From assembly GCA_013239625.1 (NCBI GenBank), contig MU053431.1:1638485-1702484 (forward strand): 64,000 nucleotides of DNA. The letters run 5' to 3'. Shown one piece after another: positions 13,407-24,480 of this stretch. The stretch is from Lama guanicoe. Lineage: Eukaryota. The position numbers and the translations under genes were made by a program. The stretch's first letter is position 1; every line of letters begins with the position of its first letter. The notes under the pieces were generated by a model. That model did not search any database, was not told the origin of the DNA, and saw nothing but the letters and a program-made list of their open reading frames with translations.

Positions 13407-14745
13407 TTTTTTTATTTTTTAATAAAATTAATGGACAGTTTTTGGGAGAAGTTTTAGGCTTACAGGAAAGTTGAGTGTAAAGTATAGAAAATTCTCACGT
13501 ATCCCTTCCCTCTTACTGGAGATTCGTGCTGGCGTGCTCGTCTGCTGTGATGACGAGCCAGTGCGGCGGACTGTTGTTAGCTGAAGTCCTCGGCCTCGCC
13601 AGGGCTCGCTCTGCGCGGTGCGTGTTCTGCGTGTTTGGATGCATGGAGGATGACACGTGTCCCTCTCACAGCGTCACACAGGGCAGCTTCGCGGCCCTAA
13701 AGCCTCTGTGCTCCATCTGTTCTTCCTTCCCTCCCCCCAACCCCTGGCAACCGCTCAGCTTTTTACTGTCTCCATAGTTTTTCCTTTTCCAAAATATCAT
13801 ACAGTTGGAGTCACACGTTTTCAGAATGGCTCCTTTCACTTAGTTAAGTGCATTTAAGGTTCGTCCATGTCCCTTCATGGCTTGATAGCTCATTTCTTTT
13901 TATCACTGAGTAATATTCCGCTGTCTGGATGGACCCCAGTGTATTCACCTGTTCACCTGCTGAAGGACACCTTGGCTGCTTCTGAGCTCCGGCAGCTATG
14001 AGCACAGCTGCGGTAAGCATCTGTGTGCAGGTGTCCGTGTGGGCGTGGGTTCTCATACACCAAGGCGCGCAACTGCCGGATCGCGTGGTGAGCGTGTGTT
14101 CACGCCTTCCAGAGTGGCTGCGCTGCTCCGCCTTCCCACCAGCTGCGACGGAGGGCGCCTGCTGCTCCGCAGCCTCGCCAGCACCTGACGTGCTGCTGCT
14201 CTGGGGTTCGCTTGTTCTAAGAGGAAGGTGGTGGAACCTCGTCGTTCTGACCTGCGTCTCTGAAGACGTGTGATGGCAAGCGTCTCCTCACGTGCTTGCT
14301 CTCACCTGCAGCTCAGCTCTGGTGCGGAGTCTCTCGGGGTCATCAGCCTGCTTCTACTTCTGGTTGTGTTTTTCCTTATGAGGTGTAAAGAGTTCTTCGT
14401 AAATACTGGGTAACGGATATGTGTTTATCCTTTATCACATTTTTTTTGAGGGGGAAGGTAATTAGGTTCATGTTTTAATTATTCATTTGATGGAGGTGCT
14501 GGGGGTTGAACCCGGGACCTCGTGCCTGCTAAGCATGCGCTCTACCGGTTGAGCTATACCCTCCCCCATCACGTGTGCTTTGAAAATACTTCCTCCCAAC
14601 CGTGACTCGTCCTTCCTTCTCTTAACAGCGCCTTTTGCAGAGCAGAACTTGAAATTTCGGTGCCACCAAGTCATCAGTCTTTTCTGTCACGGGTCGTGCT
14701 TTTGGTTGGTGTTGTATCTAAAAAGCCACCCCCCAAACCAAGTTC
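13407..14745 (-). mobile_element. old L1 (L1MC-like) 3' end, interrupted by the SINE
   Basis: T-rich tail, then TTTTAGGCTTACAGGAAAGTTGAGTGTAAAGTATAGA and CTGAGTAATATTCC...TATTCACCTGTTCACCTGCTGAAGGACAC, typical of L1M 3' UTR/ORF2-end. ORF 13844..14056 (-) gives the L1-like peptide KQPRCPSAGEQVNTLGSIQTAEYYSVIKRNEL. Confidence 0.8.
14441..14567 (-). mobile_element. tRNA-Ala-derived SINE (camelid Vic-1-like)
   Basis: The minus strand reads GGGGAGGGTATAGCTCAACCGGTAGAGCGCATGCTTAGCAGGCACGAGGTCCCGGGTTCAACCCCCAGCACCTCC...AACCTAATTACCTTCCCCC followed by an A-tail. It has pol III A and B boxes and an AGC anticodon-like loop. Flanked by ATCACAT / ATCACGT (TSD with 1 mismatch). Confidence 0.88.
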
Positions 14746-15369
14746 CCTTCGTTGGAGCTGGTGTCCCTTTCAGAGGCAGAAGGGCTGAGTGCTTTTGCAG
14801 GCTTTTTGCTCCTGGTTTTATTTAGATTTATTTTTTTTGGTAAGCTGCAGTGCTCTCCGCTAAATCGCCAAGGGGAAAGCCAAGTACACACTGAACTGGG
14901 CAAGACATGTTGAGTAAAAGTGAAGTTTCTCTCTGGCAACTTCCAACCAAAGTTGCTCTGGGACAGGAGAGGGAAACCCCCTTAGCAGGATGACGCTCTT
15001 CGCCTGACGTCAGGGTGGTGAGCTGCCCCGCCCCGTGTGCACCACAAGCCCGGGAACTCAGCGGAGTCGGCTCAGCCGCTGCTGGGGTGGGGCTGGGTGC
15101 CCTCAGCCCTGGTGGGCGCCCTTATAAAGAAGGGGCCGCAGAGAACAGGTCTCATTAAGGCACGATCTGATGCAAACAGAGTGCGCACCACTCCCCCACC
15201 CCCCCGGCTGGCTTGGGCAGGGGACGGCAGCCAGATGGGTCCGAGCTCGCCTGGAGCAGCCTTGGGGGCTGCTGGCGACGGGCAGACTGGCCCCTGCGCT
15301 GACCAGAGAGGTCTGTGGCTGCACTTCCTTACCCGTGCCATGGACCCAGCCCACCCAGGTCCAGGGGAC

Positions 15370-15690
15370 TGCTAAGGCCTGAATGTGTGTGTCACCCCAA
15401 ATTCCTGTGTTGAAACCCCAATCCCCAAGGTGATGTATCAGGAGGCGGGGCCTCTGGGAGGTGATGGGGTCGTGAGGGCAGAGCCCTCCCTCAATGGAAT
15501 TAGTGCCCCTTCCTCCAAGAGACGATGCAACAAGAAATCCGAAACCCGGAAGATGGCCCTCACCTGACCACGCTGGCACCCTCATCTCAGACTCCAAGTC
15601 TCCAGATGGGGAGAAATAAATGTCTGCCGCGGATAGGCCCTCCCCCACCCCCCAGGTCTGCGGTCGTCATTCACAGCCTGGGTGAACGTG
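15370..15690 (+). mobile_element. MaLR solo LTR (MLT1A-like)
   Basis: TGCTAAGGCCTGAATGTGTGTGTCACCCCAAATTCCTGTGTTGAAACCCCAATCCCCAAGGTGATG...GCTGGCACCCTCATCTCAGACTCCAAGTCTCCAGA...AGAAATAAATGTCTG. Confidence 0.8.
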
Positions 15691-16060
15691 TGGGGAAGGG
15701 AGGGCCAGCTTGGTACCAGCCCAGGTGGAGACGAACAGGAGGGTGAAGGAGGCAGGCTGTGCCGGTGCGCCCCTGTGCCCCCACCTGGGTGTGAGCTGGC
15801 GCCGGGGCCCCACTGCGGCACCTGTGCCGCCAGTGATACGACCGACGGGGCCGGGGCCAGGGATGCCTCCCCCAGCGCTGGCCTGTGGTGAGAGCAAGAA
15901 GGCCTCGCAGAAGCAGAAATACCATCCCTGCGGGCAGCCACTGGGGCACACTGGCTGCCCGGCGTCCCTCTGTCCACTGCGGAGGGGACGGTGGCCCCTG
16001 TGGCCCCTGATCAGGCAGGACAGCACTTGTTGGCGCCAAACCCAATGATTAATGTACAGG

Positions 16061-16521
16061 CTGCACCAGCCTCCTGTTGCTGCCGGAGCAAATCCCCATA
16101 AATCCAGTGGCTGAGAACAGCACGGATCTGTCACCTCATAGTTCTAGAGGTCAGAAGTCCAACACGGGTCTCCTGGGCTAGTATCAAGGGATCTGCAGGG
16201 CTGGTGCTCCTGGAGACGCCGGGGAGAGTCCGTTCCTGCGTCCGGAGGCCACCTGTGAACCGGCTCCCCCCCATCCTCGAAGCCAGCAGCTGGCACCTTC
16301 CAGTGTCTCCTGCCTCCTCATCACACTTCCTTCTCTCTGTTTCAAGGACCTTTGTCATCCTGTGTTCAGGCCACCAAGCTGATCCAGAATAACCTCCCCA
16401 CTGAGGTCCTGAACTGCATCATGTCTGCGAAGGCCCTGTTGTCCTGGGAGGTGCCATGTTCACCAGCCGTGGGGTCAGGACAGGGGCTGTGTCCCTGGGG
16501 GCTGTGGCTCTGCCTCCTACA
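16061..16521 (-). mobile_element. MaLR solo LTR (MLT1D/E-like)
   Basis: CTCATAGTTCTAGAGGTCAGAAGTCCAAC...ATCAAGG...GCAGGGCTG...AGGACCTTTGT...ATCCAGAATAACCTCCCC...CTGCCTCCTACA. Confidence 0.7.
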
Positions 16522-17231
16522 TGGGGACGTGGTGACGTGCGATGTGCAGGTGGACCAGCCAGGAAGAGGACGCTTTCTCGCTGGAGCGCGGCCCGAACCG
16601 CACCTCGCTGTGACTTTCTGAGCTGCAACCTGGCTTTCAGGAAAACTGGACAAGTCTTGGTGTCAGTCCTCCCAGGGGACAGAGTAGTGGCCCGTCCCTT
16701 CTGCATGTCATCTAATCCGATTGCCTTGCTTCAGCCAAAGGTCACCGCGGGGCTGGATTTCTGCCCTGAAGGAACTGCTGTCGTCGAGAACCAGGCAGAG
16801 AGGGGCTGCTGGGGGCCGGGGGCCGGCGGGGTGAGCGGGCTGCCCCGGAGCAAGGGGCCCCCCTGGCCCGCACGCCGGGAGGAGATGCAGGCGAGAAGGG
16901 CTGCGGGGGAGCCGCCCCGAGTCCCGCAAACGATCACCCTCAGCCACCCAGCCGCCTTCCCCCCTCCCTGCCTTTCCCCCAGCACTCCCGGCGGTGGTGT
17001 CAGCCTGGGCTCCTCTCCTGGGGCAACCGCTGACCACGCCTGTGTCCCCGTCCCACCCTCGCCTGGCGGTGGCGCCCAGCTCCGGCTCCGCTCACGGTGG
17101 GTCCCCCAGGTCGGCGGAGCACGGCTCCTGGGGGACGGGGGGGCGCCCTGTCACCCTGACTACAGGTCAGAGGCAGGGCGGGCACAGTTGGGAGCAGACG
17201 TGGTCCTGTTTCCAGGGTCCCTCTGGTGAAC

Positions 17232-17880
17232 TATTTTTTTTTAAACAGCAGTTTTAGTTCTACAGAAAATTGCGCAGTGAGTACAGAGATTTCCCACGTG
17301 GCCCCGGTTCCCACACATTCACAGCCTCCCCCGTCACCCACATGCCCCACCGGATGGGAGGTTTGTCACGACCGATGACCCTGCACCGGCTCGTCATCAC
17401 CACCCGGAGTCCACAGTGACGTCAGGGCTCACTCCCGTGCGGTACCGTCCAGGGGCTTGGACAACTGTGCGATGACATGTATCCTTTGTTGCAGCGTCAC
17501 ACGGAGCAGCTTCGCTGCCCTGAAGGTCCCCTGGGCTCTGCCTGGCCTTGCCTCCTCGCCCCTAACCCTGGCAGCCCCGATCCTTCACTGTCTATGGTTT
17601 TGTCTTTCCCAGAACGTCACTTAGATGGGCTCACACCGTCGCAGCTTTCTCGCACTGGCTTCTTCCCCTTAGTTAAACGCATTTCAGTCTCCTCCGTGTC
17701 TTTTCACGGCTTGACAGCTCATTTCAGTTAGGGCTGAGTAACGTGCCTCTGTCTGGACACATCCCGTTTACGTCTCCGTTCTCCTGCGAAGGACACCCAG
17801 GCTCACTCCAAGTTTGGCAGCTGTGGATGAAGCTGCTGTGACACCCGTGTGCGAGTTTCCGTGGGGCAGCGCCTTTCAGG
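17232..17880 (-). mobile_element. old L1 (L1MC-like) 3' end
   Basis: TTTTAGTTCTACAGAAAATTGCGCAGTGAGTACAGAGATTTCCCA...GGACAACTGTGCGATGACATGTATCC...; colinear with the element at 13.4 kb. Confidence 0.75.
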
Positions 17881-17884
17881 CCTG

Positions 17885-18281
17885 GTGCTGGGCGGCGGCC
17901 CGTGTCCCCTGAGAATCTGTATGTGGAAGTCCTCGCCCTCAGGACCTCAGAGTGCGACCTTATTTGGACAAAGGGTGGTTGCAGAATTAATCAGCTAAGT
18001 TCAGGTCGCACTGGGGTAGCGTGGCCCCTAATCCAGCACAAGCGGCGTCCTTATGGAAGGGGCTCCAGGACAGGCGCACTCACGGGAGAGCATCATGTGA
18101 AGGCGAAGGCCGAGGCCCGGATGGCGCATCTACAAGCCGGGCGCCAACGACGCCAGCAACCGGCATTGCTGGAGGGAGGCCTGGGGCAGAGCCCCCCACA
18201 CCTTCAGGGCCGGCTTCCGGGCCTGGGGCCTGAGAGGGTCTGCGGGGGCTCGGTTGCAGTGGCCCCGGAACAGCTACACAC
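17885..18281 (+). mobile_element. MaLR solo LTR (MLT1B/C-like)
   Basis: TATGTGGAAGTCCTCGCCCTCAGGACCTCAGAGTGCGACCTTATTTGGACAAAGGGTGGTTGCAG...CCCTAATCCAG...GTCCTTAT...CATCTACAAGCC. Confidence 0.75.
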
Positions 18282-19654
18282 CCAGTGAGCACACACTTGG
18301 GCTACACATTCTCTCACTGGCCTCAGACGCCAGCGATGTTGCGGTGGTGTCACCCGTCTGCAGCTGGGGACAGGGGGCTGCTCTCACCTTGCTCTCGCCG
18401 GCTCCTAGTGGGCTGAGGTCAGCTTGCCTGGGGTGGGGGGAGTTCCTTCCCAAAGAACAGGACCGTGAGCAGGCGGCCAGAGCAGCCCCCTGCTTGCACC
18501 CCTGTGGCCCTTCCGGGGACTTGGAGAGGGAGCAGCACCGCCCGGCCCTCTCCTGGCCGCTGGCAGCTGCCGAGGCAGCAGCGGCTATTTCTGCAGGAAA
18601 AGCAGACTCGGCTTCTCCTCACTCCTTCACGGTGCGCCCAGGGCTCTGGAACCCCATTCGTCAAAGCCTCGGGCTAAGGAGGGCAGAGAGGGCAGAGAGG
18701 CAGTGGCCAGCCCTGGGATGACCTTGGCCGCGGGAAATGCCCTTTGTGATGTCAAAGTTAATTATTCCTGGGAGAATTGTCAGCGGGGCCCTAATGAATT
18801 GGAGATGCGCAGGCGGGGCTGCTCCCTGGCAAACTGGGCACGGGGAGCAGGGGCTGGGGGGCGCTGGGCACAGCCCCGTGTTTGGACCCGGCACCTCTGT
18901 GGGGCACGTGGGGGTTTGAAGCTCCCGCTCCAGGCCTTGGTGGCCTTGGTGAGTGGGGGACGGTGGCAGACGGTGAGGTCACCGTGGAGTGCAAAGGGTC
19001 ACAGGCCCAGAAGTGATGCGCTGCGAAGGCTTCCCTGCCTGCCCACCTCCCTCCCCGCAGCTGCAGCTCAGCCCCTGCTCTGGCCTCCCCTTGGCTCCGC
19101 TCTGGTCCTCTGGAAACCCCCAGGGGGTTCTGGTGTCCTTAGAATAAAATCAGAGTTCTTATCCTGTCCTGCAACCTTGCAGGAGGCTCTCCCAGCCTCA
19201 CTCCCGCTCGTCTTGCGCTGCCTCAGCCTCCGGGGTCTTGCACATTGCTTTCCTGTTTGTACAGTTCTTTGTAGCCCCCCACCCCTCCCAGGGCTGCCTA
19301 CCTCGTACTGGGGGCACTCAGCACATTTGGAATTATTTAGAATTGCAGAAAATGTCTGCTCTGATCTATTAGGAGCGTGGCAAGGGGGCTGAAGCCCTCC
19401 AACGTGGAAGGATGACCGCATGCATCAGACGTGCACGTGTTCCTGTAAGAGAACCCACCCCGCAGGCTGGTGTCCTGTCTCTCAACACGGCTAGCCGAAC
19501 ATGAGGAGCGCATTCTGAAAAGCTTCTGTGAATTTTGTAGGAGGTTCACATTCAAAGTGATGGCTGTCTTTAACTGAACACCCTCCGAAGCCAGAAGCTC
19601 CTCCAGGGGATGCCCGCATTGGCGCAGTCAGGGAGCGTCATCTGCGGTCGGAAT

Positions 19655-19750
19655 TTTATTTTACAGACGAGGAATCGGAGGCACAGACAGCCTAACGGAT
19701 TCACCTAGGCGACACGGCAGAGCCAGGAGCAAACACTAGGATTCAGAGCT
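19655..19750 (-). mobile_element. MIR SINE
   Basis: ATTTTACAGACGAGGAATCGGAGGCACAGA...TCACCTAGGCGACACGGC...AGGATTC. Confidence 0.65.
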
Positions 19751-22700
19751 GGTACCACTTCCTGCAGCTGCCTCACAGACGTGTCCCAGGCCATCTTCCC
19801 TGATCAGGGGCCCAGGAGGCCTGGTCTCAGGAGGAGGGGCCTCCCGCCGGGCCCTGCACAGAGTGGGAGGCAGGGGCCGCCCACCGGGCCAGCCCTGCAG
19901 CTGTGCGTGGATTAAAGCCCCCATGCCCCTCCCCACTCCATGCCCCCTAGTTTCCTGGGCGGTGACCGGAGATTAGCTGCCTAAACAACTAAAAGTCCTG
20001 TTTACTGGCAATGGGACTATTTCAGGTTTCACCTTTCAGCCAATCAATGCCCAGTCTGCACTCAGTCAATACCAGGCTCTCTGGTGCTCAGGAAGCCAGC
20101 AGGAGGGCCCACCTGGGGGCCCTGAGAGGGGGCAGCGGGGGTACGTCCAGAGGGTGGCAGGGGTGGTGAGCCTGGGGGCCCTGGTGGGGACCCCCTCAGT
20201 CCTCACCAGGAGTCAGCAATCGGCCCTGTCCACTGGGCCTCGGCCTCCATGCCACCCTCTCTGGACCTAAAACCAGAACCGGTTCACAAGCGTGTAAAGA
20301 TGCAGTGTGGAGAGTGTAACGTGCAGGTATACAGCAAGTGCTCAATGGATGTTGGCTGCACCAGCAGTGAGAGCCGCCACCTTCTTCCACATCTGCTCGC
20401 GTTCCGCCTGCTTCTGCCAGGGCATCAGAGGGGAGCGAGGTCCGGGTGCCCTAGTGGGTGCAGGGGCGGGGAGGGGGCTTTCCTGCCGCCTGCGGTCCCC
20501 TCAGCTCCGCTCAGGGCGTGTGGCCTCCTCTGCCTTGTTCTCCTCCTCATCTGGGAGATGCTCTGGAGGAGCGGAGGGCAGGTGGAGAAGGTCCCCGCCT
20601 GAACACAGGCCCGCCCAGGGCGAGTCACGACCTCCTCACACGTTCTTCCCTTCCCAGGGCCACGCTGAGCCCCTGCGCTACCCTGCACTTGGGAGACCTG
20701 GGCTTCGAGCAGCCTCCTCCATGGAGGCACTTGCTGGGGCCACCTGGAGAGGGTTCGGGGACACCCACTGGACTGGGGCTCAGCACCAGGCGAGATGGTG
20801 GGCAGATCGGGGGGTCTGGAACCTCCCAGGAGATAGAGAGGGCTCCGGAAATTATCCCTAACCCGGGACAGGGAGGCTCAAAGTCAAACAGCCTCCCTGC
20901 CCACCCCACCCCCCTTCACCCAGGCAGCGGGAAGACCAGGATTAACATGGTCATGCTCTGAATGTGAACTTCTGTGTCTTGTCTTCTCTCTGACCCCCTG
21001 TGACTGGTGCCCACTGACAGTGGGGGCTGGAGAGATGTGTGCAAAGGTATAGACCCCAAGACGGCAAGCGTCTTTGGAGAGAGGACCCTCCCCCCAAGAC
21101 ACCAGGATGTCCCCTAGGAGGTGGGTGGAGGCTGAGGGGCCCAAACACCTGCTGCCTGGCCAGAGTTGGGCTCTGCTGCCTTGTGCCCACCTTCTGGGCC
21201 CAGATGGGGCTAGGCCTGGGCTGCTGCGGAAACTGCCAGCCTACCAGCCACAGCCCTCTGTTTCCCGGTCGTCCCGAGGTCACGGGCCTTGTGTCACGGG
21301 CCTGGCGGGGCTGAGCACTCAGACCCTGGGCGGGCCACGGTCTCCTCCGTTCCCAGGCGGGACCGCTGATGTAGGGAGCTCGTGGTGATGGTGTCTGGTC
21401 TCTAAGTCCCTGCTTACTCTGCCCCTCACTGGCCCTGGGGGACAGACACGTTTCTAAGGGGCACATCTGACATATTTATTGGTGAGGCTGATGAAAAGGC
21501 CCGACTGATCTTGGGGGCGGGGGAGGCAGTGTGGTCGTCACGTTTAACTGCACCTCTGGAAATCACAAGCTGGTGATTAGAAGTTACTAGAGAAGTGGGG
21601 CTGCCACCCGGGGAGGCGGGGACTCCGGGCGGGGGTGGTGGCACTTGGGTGAATCCCAGGTCCCAGTCCTCCGAGGGGCGACAGGCCTCCTCAGCCTTCT
21701 GGGAAGGCTCCGTCCTCATTTCTGTCTCCAGCCCAGTGAGGGGCCCTAAGGGGGCTGCTGGGGCCAGGCAGGGGAGGGGGTCTGAGGGGAAGGTGGTGGT
21801 GGCGAGAAAAGCCCCTGCAGGGGAACGGGCCGGGAGCTGGTGTCCGAGGCATCCTTGACTCTGCTCCCCCAGCATCTGCTGTGCGGCCTGTGAAGATTAA
21901 CTGACCACCCACTGTGCACCGGGGGCGCATGGGGCCCATCCTTGGGGAGGCTGGGAATGCCAGGACCCAGCCAGGGGGCTCCAGGCTCTGGGGGACGGCC
22001 ACCAGAGGACCCGTAGTGATGGAGGGGACTCAGGGCATCCCACATCCCATGCCTTTCCAAGTGGGGTCCTGCTTTTCTGCTGGAGACTTGCTACTCAGTC
22101 GTGGGAGGAGTGGCCGGACTGAGCAGGATGGCAGGCCCCCTTGGCCTAAAGGGGAAAATGACCACTGTGGCCACTCTCCAGCCATGACTCACCCCAACTT
22201 GGCTTCTTGTAAAGGGCTATTCTGGATCTGCCCAACAGGTGCAGGGGTGAAGCTTGAGTCCGTGCTGATGTCAGCCTCCCAAAGGGTCCTGCTTGGGCGT
22301 CTCTGCCACCTCTGCTCCCCACCAGACAAGCACCCCAAGGCTGGCTCTGCAGGGAGGGCTCCAGGCTGCGTCCTGATGGACTCACCCCAGAGCTAGAGAG
22401 AGGGTGTGAACCCCTAACATGGGGACGGATACCGCCTCTTCCAGGAAGCCCTCCTTGCCCCCTTCCCACCCTGGTACCGCGTCACGTCCGGCTCTAAGTT
22501 GGGCTTTCTGGCTGGGAGGCCTGGGCGCGTCTGAGCTGGCATTTAGGTCCAGCTCTGCACCATTCCCTGTGCTAGGCCCCTCCCCAGGGGCTGGGTGCAG
22601 TGCCCACCCGGCTTGCACCAGAGGGTCAGAGCTCCAGCACTCACAGAGCGGGGCACCCGCTGTGGGCCCAGCAAACGTCTTCTGAATGAAGGGGTGAGCG

Positions 22701-23999
22701 GTGTGCACCCCTCCTCAGCGGTGACCCGTGTGAAGGGGGCACGAAGACCTGTTTCAAGGGGGTTGGTGCTGCTTCTGGGAGGCCCTGGTTCCTGGGGAGG
22801 GGGCCCCCGGCTCCAGTGGGCACAGCCTTCAACCTGGGGCCCTCCCCTGGGCCCACACCCTCGGTCTGAGGGACCAGAGTCAGAAGAATGGCCTGCAGGC
22901 GGCTTCCCCATTCCGGAGCTGAGACTCCCCACAGCACCCCCAGCCCCCGCCCCTCCTCCCACCTCCAGAAAGGAGCCCTTGGGCCTGGAAGCAGCCTGGC
23001 ACAGCCGCCGCTAATTAATGAGAGCACAGGGAAAGAGCCAGAACCGAGGCCGGCGTGGAGGCGGAGGGGTCAGCGGTGGACGGAAGAAAATTTATATTTT
23101 TTGGCACCCGCCTGCCTCTGCAATGACATAATCAGAAGGTTTTTTTTCTACTGACTGGGCAATAAAATAGCTCATAACTGTGGATGCACGGTGCTTCAGC
23201 AGAGCTGGCTGCAGGCTTTGCAGCCTTGGCGAAGGTCACTCCTGGGGCTCAGCTAGGTTGCCTCAGGGTGGCGGCCCCCACAACAGGCAAGCCCCAGAGG
23301 GGGCTGCAGCTAGTCCTGGCTGGGAGCACTGCAGAGACCAGACCCCCTCTCTGCGGAAGAGCGTGCGGCCCCTCTGGGCTGCAGGGCCCCCGGGGCGGAC
23401 CCTGCCTCACCCTCTGTGGCTGTGGGGATGCTACCCCATCAGCAACTGCCCTGAGGACCAGCACGAGTTAGGTGGTCGACAGTTTTGAAAATCTAGGTGA
23501 GATTAGCTTAGTGGGGGGCTGGGGTGATGGAGGATCTTGGGGGAGGAGAGGCAGGGGACCTCAGGACCTGCATTAAGTCTTGAGGCCTGTGGGCACCAGA
23601 GGAGGGGGAGAGGAGGGTAATGGGGGCCCTGGATGGGACCACCGGCAGCTGGGAGTCCCAGGTCTGCAGCCTGGAGCAGGACGCAGGACCGGCTACCCCG
23701 CATCTCAGTGAGAAGGCGGGGCCCCGCGAAGCTCAGGGTCCGTTACTCTCTTCTCGTCCTGGGTGCGGGGGCTGGAGAGGGAGCGCCTGTCAGGGAACCT
23801 CCCCAGCAGACTCTCGCCAACCCCTCAGACCGTGCTGAACCTATGGCCCACGTGCCACCACGCATGCTCAGCGTCCTTCCCAACACGGCCCAGCAGCCAC
23901 ACAAAGGCGGGAGGGGGCCGGGGACGTGGGAAGCCGCTGCCCGGGGTGGGCAGAGGTGCCAGTGGACGCAGCTTGAACAGTTTACAGTTTGAGATTTGG

Positions 24000-24480
24000 T
24001 TGTGGGTTAGCTTCCTGTGCTGTGGGACGAATCACCACCCAGTTACTCCCTCCCGGTGTCCGTGGCTCAGAAGTCACGCACGGCGTGGCTGGCTCCTCTG
24101 CTCAGGGTCTCCCTGGGCTGAAGCCAGGTGTGGCCGGGGGCTAAGATCGCTTCCACGCTTGTGGAGGTGGGCGGCGGGACTCATTCGTGCAGTTCTGTGT
24201 TGTCTGTGGCTGTGGGCTGGGGGCCGCTGGCAGATCCTTGCCACAGGGTCCCTGTGGGCAGGTCAAACCTGGCGGTCGGTTCCTTCTCTGAGGCCAGCAG
24301 GACACCATCCTTCCGATGATTTTCCTTTTAAAGAGCTCACCTGGTTGGGCCCGGCCCACACCTCGTGATTAACTCGTGGTCGGCAGATTGCCATCCCTGA
24401 CCTCAGGGGCGATCCCCGTCCCCGTTGCTGGTCCTGCCCACACTCAGAGGGAGGGGCGGTGGGGCAGGGATTCTGACCCC
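24000..24480 (-). mobile_element. diverged MaLR LTR (MLT1E-G-like)
   Basis: GCTGGCTCCTCTGCTCAGGGTCTC...GGCTGAAGCCAGGTGTGGCC...CTTTTAAAGAGCTCACCTGGTTGGGCCCGGCCCAC...GGTCCTGCCCACACTCAGAGGGAGGGG. Confidence 0.55.

Noticed and set aside
14490-14567. Possible tRNA-Ala(AGC) gene
   Set aside because: Followed by a SINE-specific tail, an A-run and a TSD, with imperfect stems. It is a tRNA-derived SINE.
13407-17880. Similar blocks at 13.4 and 17.2 kb as a local duplication or paired LTRs
   Set aside because: Both match L1MC-type 3' ends and differ substantially. Independent old insertions explain them better.
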